From the NCBI GenBank assembly GCA_019058445.1, contig JAHPZA010000001.1, forward strand, positions 64,001 to 128,000: 64,000 nt of DNA, read 5' to 3'. A model generated the notes under the pieces. It did no database searches, had not been told where the DNA came from, and saw only the letters and a program-made list of their open reading frames with translations. Source of the DNA: Promethearchaeota archaeon (GTDB lineage: Archaea > Asgardarchaeota > Lokiarchaeia > Sigyniarchaeales > SOKP01). The translations under genes were made by a program, and so were the position numbers. Of this stretch, positions 39,442 to 48,983 are shown piece after piece. The number at the start of each line of letters is the position of its first letter. The stretch's first letter is position 1.

Positions 39442-40023
39442 ATGGGAAGAAGAAAGAGAAAACAACAAACCTATAAAAGAGTAAAAAGAGTCCCCAAAAT
39501 CTTTAATTGTCCAAATTGCGGGGAAAAGTCTGTAAAAGTGGAAAACATTAGGAAATCAGCAATAGCAACTGTAAAATGTGGTTATTGTGGATTAACTAAA
39601 GATGTCTTAGTGAATTCTATATCAGAACCTGTCGATGCGTTTGGTGATTTTATCGACATTTATTATGCAGATCAGGAGCTTTTAAGATTAGAAAAACGTG
39701 TTGACAAACTAAAAAGTGAGAAAGAATGGGCAGATTTAGCCTTTTGTTATTCTGTATTATCTGACATATGTAAAGCTAAAGCAGCTGAATCGTTAGAAGA
39801 TGATGAAAATGTTGATATAGAGGAGGCTAACAAATGGAAGATAAGGGCAGAGGAATATAAAAGAAAGGAGAAGGATGCTTTATTGACATTAGACACAAGT
39901 GAATTAGAGAGTGGTATTAAAACTGATGATGAGTCATTATTTACCGAGCACGATGAAAGTTCAATGAAAAAAGAGAAAAAGATTGAGGATATTTTCGACG
40001 ACCCAGGCTTTCTTGAGTTTTAG
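39442..40023 (+). CDS. elf1: Transcription elongation factor Elf1 with long C-terminal extension
   Basis: MGRRKRK...FNCPNCG...CGYCG...EPVDAFGDFID. Confidence 0.88.
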   Translation: MGRRKRKQQTYKRVKRVPKIFNCPNCGEKSVKVENIRKSAIATVKCGYCGLTKDVLVNSISEPVDAFGDFIDIYYADQELLRLEKRVDKLKSEKEWADLAFCYSVLSDICKAKAAESLEDDENVDIEEANKWKIRAEEYKRKEKDALLTLDTSELESGIKTDDESLFTEHDESSMKKEKKIEDIFDDPGFLEF

Positions 40024-40116
40024 GAGAGATAGAAACAGATTTTGGGTAATTTCGTGCATCTAAAGCTGATTTTACTTCTTAATTAAGGATTATACTAATC
40101 CGATTGAAATAAATGA

Positions 40117-41853
40117 TTAAGAATTATAGCCCCGTATTTTATTTTTAACACTTGAGGGAATATGAGTCCAAATAGGCAATTTTAAGACAAAATTAAAGAA
40201 TTGGTTAGGACTCATATTTTCATGCTTAATAAAATGGCTCCAATTATAATAAGCTAAATTATTGAAAAGATTCATCAGGTTTACTCCCATAGGATTATAT
40301 TTTGATGAAAAAAATCTAGCTAAATAACTTCCGATACGATTTGTCTGGGGGCTTGATTCCGGATACACTGATTCTGCCAATGGTCTGTTGAAGATTTCAT
40401 AAATAGAAATAATAGGAATGAGTTTATCCAACAATTCGTTTATTTTTGCACCATAGCTATCATCATCCAAAGAGAGAGAACTTAATTCGTTCAATTTTCT
40501 GACAGCATAGCGATAATGTCTCTCTTTGAAATATAGCCACATTTTAGCCATTTGATCCCGTAGTTCTTTAATTGATTCAATCACTTCAGCATCTTTAAAA
40601 TTAAATCCTTGTAATTTTTCGAATCTTTTAATAAAAGTCAATAATATTGAGTTTGTAGATTCTTGATCAAAATCGTCTTCACTCTCATCCTTACTTAAAA
40701 GCTTGTATTTTAACTCCTTTTCAGTAGGGGTATGTATTGTGTGTGTAAATAATGGTGTTGTCCATAAGTATTCCCGGAGTTTTTCCATTAATTTTATCGT
40801 TTGGCCATAGTTTTTAATAACCGTAAATTGTATTGATAAATACTTATCTGGGATTACTTGTTCTATGAAATACCTTATTTTATCTTTAATTTTTAAATAT
40901 TTTACTACGTTCTTCTTTTTTTTCTTGAGAGCAGAGACTTTTCTACTTAATAACTTATCAAGATTCATCAATTTTTCGATATATGAATAGAAATCTATAT
41001 CATACTTTTGAATAATGTTAGTATGTGATATTAAGGGAGTCTTTAATACTTGTGGTGAGGATGAGTCAAGAGCTATCTTGTCAACACTCATCGCATGATC
41101 TCCAATGGTATATGAAAAGATCACATTTTCAAGCGCTTCTTCTAGTGAAGCAAATTTTCCTAAGTAGTTTGGAACGCCCGTAAAAACTCCATGTAATAAG
41201 GTATTAATTCCTTTGAAAGTATCATTATCATATTCTGAAATAATAACTGATTCAAATTCTCCCGGATGATGTCTTTTCGATTTGATTTTCTTGTTAACAA
41301 GCACAATGGCTTGATTCGCTTTATGGCATACAGTATAGCTCCATTTTAAAAATGGTTGTATATATTTTACCATATTAAGATGATAGTTATAAAATTCGGG
41401 TCCGAAATAGATTGGAAATCCAAAACCTCGTGAAGTAGCAAAGATAAACTGAAATACATTTCTTGTTTTCTCTCCTTTTAGTAGCCCTGGAAATTTAAAG
41501 TGTAACACAATTTTAGGGTATAGCGCAGCTAACCCTAAGTTCATCCAAGCTTCAAACAGAATAATACTATCAGGAAATCTAAATGAATCTCTTTTACTTA
41601 AAAAATCATCACTTAACGTATTAAGAGCTATTGGGATGGTAAAGAGCCAATCTCCTTTTTTTCTAATAGTTGTTAATCCTTCTTTAAACTTTTTAAAGAT
41701 GAGCGGTTGGATTTGTTTTTGTATTTCACTTTTTTTATGATAATAGTTATTCATTACTCGAAACAAAGAGAGCATTTCAAGTATCTGCCTTTGAGAATTA
41801 TGGGCTACCTTTACATGAGAGCTTTTTTCCAATTTAAGTGTAGAATTCTGCAC
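40117..41853 (-). CDS. Hypothetical protein
   Basis: 578-aa ORF; no recognised motif. Confidence 0.75.
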   Translation of the reverse strand: MQNSTLKLEKSSHVKVAHNSQRQILEMLSLFRVMNNYYHKKSEIQKQIQPLIFKKFKEGLTTIRKKGDWLFTIPIALNTLSDDFLSKRDSFRFPDSIILFEAWMNLGLAALYPKIVLHFKFPGLLKGEKTRNVFQFIFATSRGFGFPIYFGPEFYNYHLNMVKYIQPFLKWSYTVCHKANQAIVLVNKKIKSKRHHPGEFESVIISEYDNDTFKGINTLLHGVFTGVPNYLGKFASLEEALENVIFSYTIGDHAMSVDKIALDSSSPQVLKTPLISHTNIIQKYDIDFYSYIEKLMNLDKLLSRKVSALKKKKKNVVKYLKIKDKIRYFIEQVIPDKYLSIQFTVIKNYGQTIKLMEKLREYLWTTPLFTHTIHTPTEKELKYKLLSKDESEDDFDQESTNSILLTFIKRFEKLQGFNFKDAEVIESIKELRDQMAKMWLYFKERHYRYAVRKLNELSSLSLDDDSYGAKINELLDKLIPIISIYEIFNRPLAESVYPESSPQTNRIGSYLARFFSSKYNPMGVNLMNLFNNLAYYNWSHFIKHENMSPNQFFNFVLKLPIWTHIPSSVKNKIRGYNS

Positions 41854-42028
41854 TGACTATAATCAACTGAAGATCTAAATGATCTTTTTAATTAATGTAA
41901 TTATTTATTATGATTTTAAATATTTGAATCTTAATTAAAAAAATGATTTCTTGTAGAATATCAATGATAATAGCTGAAGGATAGAAAATTAAGATTTAAA
42001 AAATGAGAAAAATAATAAGCTATTTTAT

Positions 42029-42490
42029 CTACTTCTTCCGCTTTGCGAAAAGCTGCTTCAACTCACCCATGATTGCCCCACGTAGGCTTTGAGGGCTTGC
42101 GGGTCGGCTAGGTCCGGGTGGTGGGCCTCCAGGGGGACCTCCGGGTGGACCTCCAGGGGGAGGTGGTGGACCTCCAGGGGGACCTCCGGGTGGACCTCCA
42201 GGGGGACCTCCAATAGAAGGTGCTATAGGTGCTACAGGCGCAGCGCCAGGAGAAGCTGGAGCTGCCACACCTCTAGTTTTTATAGCATTTAAATCGTTCG
42301 TCATCGTGTTAACTCTAGATTGTAGACTTGAAATTTGTGTTTTTAAATCAGCTAAAGATCCATCAACAAGGTCAGGTATTCGTAAAACAATTGTCATTAT
42401 TTTTTCAACAATGTCCCCAAACGCATTTACTTTTTCTTCTATTGGGGATTTCTTGGCTTTATCAAGGAAGCTTGCAAATTCTTCGGCTAT
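42029..42490 (-). CDS. Coiled-coil plus polyproline plus C-terminal amphipathic helix protein (WAVE/WASH-like architecture); probable ATA start, 153 aa
   Basis: GGTGA RBS then ATA at 42490 gives IAEEFASFLDKAKKSPIEEKVNAFGDIVEKI ahead of the track ORF; (GGPP)n and PPPP repeats; ends SLRGAIMGELKQLFAKRKK. Confidence 0.75.
   Translation of the reverse strand: MAEEFASFLDKAKKSPIEEKVNAFGDIVEKIMTIVLRIPDLVDGSLADLKTQISSLQSRVNTMTNDLNAIKTRGVAAPASPGAAPVAPIAPSIGGPPGGPPGGPPGGPPPPPGGPPGGPPGGPPPGPSRPASPQSLRGAIMGELKQLFAKRKK
42117..42210. repeat. Coding GC-rich tandem repeat encoding (GGPP)n
   Basis: Repeated ggacctccagggg / ggacctccgggt 12-mers. Confidence 0.85.
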
Positions 42491-42648
42491 GGCTAATCAC
42501 CAATAATTTTTGTTAATAATTACATTTTGAAAGATTATTTTTTCTAATAATTATATAATAGTTTTGTTTAATAAAAATATGTTTTGATGCAAACTTACCT
42601 TATACCTTGAAAAATAAGAGTAGAAAAAAAGTATAATATATATAGGAC

Positions 42649-43269
42649 TTAACTCATCTCAGTGGTTGAATCCTTTAGTTTTAACCATAAATCGTCAAGT
42701 TCGTCTTGCATTTGAACAAATTGTTCAATTTCTTTAAGTAAAATATTTCTGGCCCTATCGAAATCTCTTTGTAAATCATTTAACTCGTTTTCAAGCATAG
42801 TAAGTTTACTTCCCTCAATCATTTTATTTTTAGTTTTTTCTATGCTTAAAGCTTTTTTAATTACGCCTGATCTCCTGCCGGCAATAGTAGTAAGAGCTTC
42901 TGCAAATAAATCTCCCCTAGTTGCTAAATCATCTTTTCGAATAGCTAGATCTTTGATTGAGTTAACAAAATCATTGCTTGCTTCAATATATTTATCATTT
43001 TTGTGGATAAAATCTTGATAGTAATTTATTTCATCATCTTTTACATTTGATTTTGATTCTCTTGCAAGGGTTTGCATTTGTTTTAACACATCTCTAAATG
43101 TTCGATTAAGCAATTGCCGGGCGATATTTAATTTCGCAATATTGTCTGCAAGTTTTTTATGAGAATCAGAAACTGTTCTCTGTAATCTTGCGACTTTTTT
43201 AAGATGGGAAGCTAAATCTTTTTCCATTTTCGCAAGATCTAATTCATCTTCATGGGTTATAATTGGCAT
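42649..43269 (-). CDS. All-helical protein, BAR-domain-like
   Basis: 206 aa with three long amphipathic helices; KLTMLENELNDLQRDFDRARNILLKEIEQF resembles SNX/Vps5-type BAR helix 3. Confidence 0.55.
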   Translation of the reverse strand: MPIITHEDELDLAKMEKDLASHLKKVARLQRTVSDSHKKLADNIAKLNIARQLLNRTFRDVLKQMQTLARESKSNVKDDEINYYQDFIHKNDKYIEASNDFVNSIKDLAIRKDDLATRGDLFAEALTTIAGRRSGVIKKALSIEKTKNKMIEGSKLTMLENELNDLQRDFDRARNILLKEIEQFVQMQDELDDLWLKLKDSTTEMS

Positions 43270-43359
43270 TTTATCAAATCTCGAAAAAATTTTTTGTTTT
43301 ATTCAACTACGTTATTATGATCATAATAACTTTTTTTATATATTTTTATGCAATCAAGT

Positions 43360-44394
43360 TCAGAAAGGAAAAATCGCAGTAATGATATTATCTTTATAGT
43401 TAGCCTTTATGACTTTAGCTTGTATTTCTTTTCCTAGTAAATTATCCGAATATTGAAATGGCTTATTTAGAAGTATCTTTATTCCAATGTCTTTAGCAAT
43501 TTTGCCTATGCATTCATTCGGCCATCTTCCTATGGAGACTATTTCTAATTTTATAACATCCCCCTTTCTATACGGTAAAGGCATACCTACTTTTCTTTTT
43601 TGGATATTAAAATCCGTAGGGCCCAGTTTTAATTTTAAATCATATCTCCTTTCTAGTTTAGATAATTGTTTATAAAAGTAGTCCCATGATTTAGGTCTAA
43701 TTTTTTTCAATTTTCGACCTGTTTTATAAACTAAATATTTTTGAATTCCGAGTTGAATTTTTTTCTTAGAAAATCCTTGATTTCTTAAATTAATTACGAA
43801 TTCAATGATATCTTCGATATCCTTGTCATTCTCTCCAGGAAACCAAACCGGAGCTAATAAAACGTCGATATTTGTATTAAGTATCGAATATATGTTTTTA
43901 ATTAAGTTTTTTAAATCATAATTTTTACAATCACAAAAATATTCGGCTTTTTCTTGGTTTAAGGTATTGAGGCTAATGTTTATACGTGAAAGTTGGACAT
44001 CTGCCAATTTTTTTATATTTTCATTAGTTAATAATAACCCGTTACTTTGCATCGAAATGGTTTTCACACCTTCTAATTCCCAGAGCATTTCTATTAAACC
44101 AAATAATTCAGAGTATAATAAGATTTCTCCATAAGGAGCTAAGTGAATTTCTATATTGTATGATCCTTTAATGTCTATGAGTTGCTTAATTTTTTGAATT
44201 AAATATTGAGGTTCTACGATAAAATTATTTATAAAATCTCCTGCGCTCACAAAACAATATTTACATTTGAGATTACAAAGGGTTAGAGGTTTGAGTTCAA
44301 TAATATTTGTCCCCCGATCAATTACACCTATGAAATCGACTCCATAGAGCGGAATAGCCGAGCTTTGATTGACATAAATCGTATTTGGACTCAT
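43360..44394 (-). CDS. Radical SAM protein (COG2100 type) with C-terminal TRAM-like domain
   Basis: IPLYGVDFIGVIDRGTNIIE..CNLKCKYC. Confidence 0.9.
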   Translation of the reverse strand: MSPNTIYVNQSSAIPLYGVDFIGVIDRGTNIIELKPLTLCNLKCKYCFVSAGDFINNFIVEPQYLIQKIKQLIDIKGSYNIEIHLAPYGEILLYSELFGLIEMLWELEGVKTISMQSNGLLLTNENIKKLADVQLSRINISLNTLNQEKAEYFCDCKNYDLKNLIKNIYSILNTNIDVLLAPVWFPGENDKDIEDIIEFVINLRNQGFSKKKIQLGIQKYLVYKTGRKLKKIRPKSWDYFYKQLSKLERRYDLKLKLGPTDFNIQKRKVGMPLPYRKGDVIKLEIVSIGRWPNECIGKIAKDIGIKILLNKPFQYSDNLLGKEIQAKVIKANYKDNIITAIFPF

Positions 44395-44406
44395 TTTGGG
44401 ATATGG

Positions 44407-45480
44407 TTATAATTTATATCTTAATATACCTACAATGGAACCTAAATCTATTATTTGTTGACCAGTAGAAGTTTGACTACTAACTATATCAACTTCCCCT
44501 CCAGAATATTCCACGTTGGTAATAATTCTCTCAATACTAAGTTTTTGAGTTTTTGAAGTCCCTCGAATTAATATATCTGCCACAAATAATTGTTTAATAG
44601 CACCCCTCTCAGAAGCTTCGCTGTTTTCATTAATACCAATTGAAATTAAATCGGGGTCTGTATTAAATAATTTAAAAATTTCTTCAATTTTTTCCGTTTC
44701 TTGTAATATTTTTATTTTCTCTTTTAATCCCGCCAATTCTTTAGATTTTAATGTCTCTCGAATAGCACTTTCCGTACCGGAGCTAGCGTGTATGCTTCTA
44801 ATTTTATGTATGTAATTGGGATTATATTTTTCTTTTAAATAATTTAGTAATAAATCTCTTGTATTTCCCGGGCCACAAAAAACAATTAAATTAATATCAG
44901 TTGAGTTTAGATTTTCTTCAATAATTTTTTTTAAATTTTCAAAAAAGTCAGTTAACGCTTTATTTCTTTGTGATTGTTCGTATCTTTTACCTGGTATGTG
45001 TGATTTTATTGTAGCTATCTTATTTTGACTAAAGTTTGTAATAATTTCGATTGTTGCAAGTCCCGTTTCAATCGCTATCATTAATATTACAAAGTTAGAC
45101 TCAAACTTAGAGGATTGTTTTAATCTTTTCATTTCTTGAGAAGACCATTTTTCTTTTATGATCGCAATTTTCTGTCCTTTTTCGATATTAAAGGTATGGT
45201 ATGTACCAAAACTTACAAAATCTTCTGGTCCCTCTATAATTGTCCCTTTAACTCTCAATCTATTTGAAAATTCATGAAAGGAAACATCCTCAACATTTAA
45301 TTTTAAAAACATAGGTTTTCTCTCACCTTTAGAGCCCTCTTTAAGTACTACTCTTCTTTGGGTTCGCGCAGCGACTTTATCATTTTTCGAGATGATATTA
45401 TACAGTGTCCACAGATCGTTTAAATTTTCTATTTTAACGATAATCTCTCCTTGTTTTTGATTGATTTCACGTATTTTCAA
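44407..45480 (-). CDS. pelA: Pelota/Dom34 ribosome rescue factor
   Basis: ENLNDLWTLYNII, FHEFSNRLRVKG, GTYHTFNI, LGSIVGILRY. Confidence 0.95.
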   Translation of the reverse strand: MKIREINQKQGEIIVKIENLNDLWTLYNIISKNDKVAARTQRRVVLKEGSKGERKPMFLKLNVEDVSFHEFSNRLRVKGTIIEGPEDFVSFGTYHTFNIEKGQKIAIIKEKWSSQEMKRLKQSSKFESNFVILMIAIETGLATIEIITNFSQNKIATIKSHIPGKRYEQSQRNKALTDFFENLKKIIEENLNSTDINLIVFCGPGNTRDLLLNYLKEKYNPNYIHKIRSIHASSGTESAIRETLKSKELAGLKEKIKILQETEKIEEIFKLFNTDPDLISIGINENSEASERGAIKQLFVADILIRGTSKTQKLSIERIITNVEYSGGEVDIVSSQTSTGQQIIDLGSIVGILRYKL

Positions 45481-45610
45481 ACTTAAATCTAAACTCCAAT
45501 AAAATTTTCTTATATTATAAGAAGAATAGATAGTAGAAAAATTGATTTACTATTAGAATGAAGTGAAGTTTAAAAAAATAGAAAAAAAATAAAGAAAAAA
45601 GAAATCTGAA

Positions 45611-45760
45611 TTATCCCTCTCCTAAAGCCTGCTTAACCTTCTCTAATTCTTCCATACGCTTCCTTTTTTCCTCTTCTCGCTTTTTCATCTCTGCTTCGTC
45701 TGGCTTAGCTAGAGATACTCCTTTCTTAATTTCATTTTCAAGCTCTTTATCTATTGGCAT
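45611..45760 (-). CDS. 49-aa peptide with WH2/actobindin-like motif and charged helix, absent from the ORF track
   Basis: MPIDKELENEIKKGVSLAKPDEAEMKKREEEKRKRMEELEKVKQALGEG; AGGTG RBS; TTATAAAT at about 45805-45812; T-rich tract after the stop. Confidence 0.75.
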   Translation of the reverse strand: MPIDKELENEIKKGVSLAKPDEAEMKKREEEKRKRMEELEKVKQALGEG

Positions 45761-45835
45761 ATTTCAGCAACACCTTTTTTTTTTATCTTATTATAAAAAA
45801 ACTTATTTATAAGTTTTAGTTTATAGAAAAATCAT

Positions 45836-46285
45836 CTAAAGAATATCTAATTTCATTAAATATGCGTCCTCTTTTGATTGGTAATATTGATTTATTTTCT
45901 GTACTATTTTGAAGCCAAACTTACGATATAATTTTATAGCGGTAGAGTTTTTGACTTGTACATTTAGGACGACTTTTTTGATATCAGTTGATTCCTTGAT
46001 TTTTTTAACGGTGTTGAATAAAAGAAAAGAGCCATACCCTTTATTGTGATAGTTAGGATTAACCAAAAAATTAATTATATTTGCTCTATCAATTCTATCT
46101 TTTACTACAATAATGAACCCTATAATTTCTTTTCTAATTTTATTTTTTTCTAATTTTAAAAAATAGAGATTATTTCGAATTAATTTTTTTATTAAGGCTT
46201 TCGAAAATGCATTTTTATTGAACACCGATTTTTCCAGAAAAAAGATGTCATTTACATCTTTCGAAGATACTTGTTTAATTTTCAT
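45836..46285 (-). CDS. rimI: RimI/Ard1-like GNAT N-acetyltransferase
   Basis: YHNKGYG, NSTAIKLYRKFGF, YYQSKEDAYLM. Confidence 0.85.
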   Translation of the reverse strand: MKIKQVSSKDVNDIFFLEKSVFNKNAFSKALIKKLIRNNLYFLKLEKNKIRKEIIGFIIVVKDRIDRANIINFLVNPNYHNKGYGSFLLFNTVKKIKESTDIKKVVLNVQVKNSTAIKLYRKFGFKIVQKINQYYQSKEDAYLMKLDIL

Positions 46286-47427
46286 TTAGATCCCTTCATT
46301 TCATGCTTGAAAACCTTAATGGGTGTTTTCTCTGTAATTTGACGGTATTCTCCTCTAAAAGGGATAATCTCTTCAACAAATCCATCCAAATTTTTATTTT
46401 CCAAAAATTCTATAAATTTATCTGTCAAAGCAATATAATATGGTAATCTTATTTTATTTTTTTCGATGGTTATTTGTTCTTTAGGGACATTAAATTTTGA
46501 GATAATTAATTCTTTTAGAGATGTTAAATTTTCGTCACTACCCTCAATTTGACCATATATAAGGAGCCCCTCCTCAGTTATTACTTCATATGGTAATTTA
46601 ATTGTTTTTGCTCTTCTTAAATAGCGGTTTTTTAATTGATGATAATCTTTTGCTTTAATTGTACAAAAATGAATTTTAAGAGAGGTTTTAGGAGCTAATT
46701 TTGTAATGAGCTTCATGGCCGTTTCTTTACTATTTTCAACAGTTGCAACCGTGTCTTTTTTTAATTTAAACCCTTTTTCCTTTAAATATTGACTATTAGG
46801 ATAACATATTTCAAATTCATTCAGATTAATGAATTCTGCTCCAATTTTATTTAAAAAAAGAATAAGATTTTCAAGATTATTGTTATATTCAAATCCGGGA
46901 ATTACAGGAACTTCAGCTCCCACAGAAAATCCTTTATTTAAAGCAAATTTAATATTTTCCCATTTATTTAGAGGAGGATGAAAGCGTATCTCATCTAGAC
47001 CAACTTCTGCTAATTTTTCTGCAATAGATTCATTGAAGTTCATTCCATTTGTGTACAAGTGTACATGAAATTTCTTCCCTTTCATTTTTTTAACATATTT
47101 TATGTAATCATAAGTTTTTTCTAAATTTGATTCTAAAAGTGGTTCTCCGCCAGTTATACTCATTCCTTTCGCATTGATTTTGTTAATCTCAATTAATAAA
47201 TCCTTATGAGAGAATACATGAATTTCATCAGCAAATGTTATATCCTTACCTCTCCTCTCTTCTGAGATGGGACAATACCATGAACAATGAGCAGGTTTTT
47301 GACATATGCCATTTAGAAATAATACAACTTTTACTCCCTTTAAACAAAGTTGACAACCTTTTGGGAGGTTTCTCCCCTTTATATAAAATGTGCTTCCTTT
47401 AGATTCTAAGATCTTGGTACTTTTCAT
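46282..47427 (-). CDS. Radical SAM protein (COG2108 type)
   Basis: LPKGCQLC..G.KVVLF..GICQKPAHCSWYCP, ITGGEPL, LDEIRFHP. Confidence 0.88.
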   Translation of the reverse strand: MKSTKILESKGSTFYIKGRNLPKGCQLCLKGVKVVLFLNGICQKPAHCSWYCPISEERRGKDITFADEIHVFSHKDLLIEINKINAKGMSITGGEPLLESNLEKTYDYIKYVKKMKGKKFHVHLYTNGMNFNESIAEKLAEVGLDEIRFHPPLNKWENIKFALNKGFSVGAEVPVIPGFEYNNNLENLILFLNKIGAEFINLNEFEICYPNSQYLKEKGFKLKKDTVATVENSKETAMKLITKLAPKTSLKIHFCTIKAKDYHQLKNRYLRRAKTIKLPYEVITEEGLLIYGQIEGSDENLTSLKELIISKFNVPKEQITIEKNKIRLPYYIALTDKFIEFLENKNLDGFVEEIIPFRGEYRQITEKTPIKVFKHEMKGSK

Positions 47428-48125
47428 CTTTGATATAATTTTTTTCGAATTATTGTCTTTTTATTTGATAATTTTTTGAGAACTTCTTCCGTTGATTCAT
47501 TTATATCAAGCGATCTTTTTAAAAATACCCCCGTTTTTCCATGCTTCTCTCTTTTTAAGAGAACTTTTTTTCGTTCTAATATGGTATCAATACCAATACC
47601 TAATACTTTGGCTGCTACTGCTTCATTATCAATTATAGATAGTTCATCATGTCCTTGTGTGTTTGGCTGAATTAAGACCAATCTTTTATCAATGCCCGGT
47701 ACTCTCATACCTAATTTTAATTCATTTAAGCTTATTTTTCCTCCAAAATCATAAAATTCCAATGATTTCTTTGGTAGTTTAGTTAATGGTATAGTAATAC
47801 TTTCCAATTCGCTCAAATATATATAAAGCTTTATTGAATCTTTTGGAGTTGCCATAATAATTTCTCTAAAATAATGTTTGAAGCCATTTTTATTTAATAT
47901 AAATTCAATTCGGAATGATTGAATTGGTTCCGTGAAAATAATATCTATATCACTATTTTTATGTACGTTCCCTCGTGCGATGCTTCCATAAACATGCGGG
48001 TTTAAGCCCTCAAACATTTTTAAGAAGATAGCAGCCCTATCTCGTTTAATTTTAAGTAGAGCCCAATCAGATTTAGTGTATAGTATTGATTCGGAATACT
48101 CTCTTAAAATCTTTTCTTTTGACAT
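47424..48125 (-). CDS. Nucleotidyltransferase domain protein (COG2413 type)
   Basis: YGSIARGNVHKNSDID, RVPGIDKRL, GKTGVF. Confidence 0.88.
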   Translation of the reverse strand: MSKEKILREYSESILYTKSDWALLKIKRDRAAIFLKMFEGLNPHVYGSIARGNVHKNSDIDIIFTEPIQSFRIEFILNKNGFKHYFREIIMATPKDSIKLYIYLSELESITIPLTKLPKKSLEFYDFGGKISLNELKLGMRVPGIDKRLVLIQPNTQGHDELSIIDNEAVAAKVLGIGIDTILERKKVLLKREKHGKTGVFLKRSLDINESTEEVLKKLSNKKTIIRKKLYQR

Positions 48126-48128
48126 GAA

Positions 48129-48983
48129 TTAGGATAATTTTTGGGATTTTAATATATTTGATTCTACTAAATTAATGATTATCCCTAAAAGAATGGTCTC
48201 ATAGCATTTAAATAAACTCTTGCTTTTATCTAATATCCATAAATTAGTATTGGGAAGATTATAATCTGCTAAATGGGTGGATAGCAGTTTTATCTTTTTA
48301 CTTGTTAGAATTTTACTTGATTTCTTACTAAAAATAATAAACAGTTTAGACAATATATCCTCTTTCTCAGTAATGCCAGTGATATGTTTCTTGGCTATTA
48401 ATTCAAATTTCGGATTAATTAAAATCACTCCAGCATTATTTTTATCATATATAAGGGGAGTAATAAAAACCATTATTTTATGATGAGTAATAAGTATATA
48501 GTTAGAATTGGTGATCACTTCTTTTTGTTTTAGGGAGTGTAAGATAGAGGAACTTAGATTTGCAGATTCTAAATGTAGTTCTTTATCTAAATTACCATGA
48601 TTAAGAGAGCATTTATTACTAAGAACTATATTAATCACATCAAATCCATAGCTAGCCAAACCTTCGGTTAAAACGTTAAATAATCTATTATACTTGTGAG
48701 ATCTAATTAATAGAATTGATGGATTTTGCATAGCCTTCCTTTTTAAAACATGATTAATGGTTATAGTAATTTTTTTGAGTTTAACGGATTGATTTATTGG
48801 TTTAAAGGACTGAATATTTAATATAACCCGGGACAAATAAACGTTAGATAATGTGGATCTCCACCTAACTCTTTCCTTAAAAATTCTCACACTAACCAAG
48901 AACACAATTAATAATAGAATTACGACGGTATCAATGAAAATCCAATCAAACTGAAAAAAATTTATAGCCAAATTATTCAACAA
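48129..48983 (-). CDS. N-terminally anchored protein with degenerate alpha/beta-hydrolase-like fold
   Basis: TM helix; LTEGLASYGFDVI and GVILINP motifs; no GxSxG. Confidence 0.5.
   Translation of the reverse strand: MLNNLAINFFQFDWIFIDTVVILLLIVFLVSVRIFKERVRWRSTLSNVYLSRVILNIQSFKPINQSVKLKKITITINHVLKRKAMQNPSILLIRSHKYNRLFNVLTEGLASYGFDVINIVLSNKCSLNHGNLDKELHLESANLSSSILHSLKQKEVITNSNYILITHHKIMVFITPLIYDKNNAGVILINPKFELIAKKHITGITEKEDILSKLFIIFSKKSSKILTSKKIKLLSTHLADYNLPNTNLWILDKSKSLFKCYETILLGIIINLVESNILKSQKLS

Noticed and set aside
42117-42210. GC-rich repeat as a non-coding element or G-quadruplex
   Set aside because: Fully explained by in-frame Gly/Pro codons.
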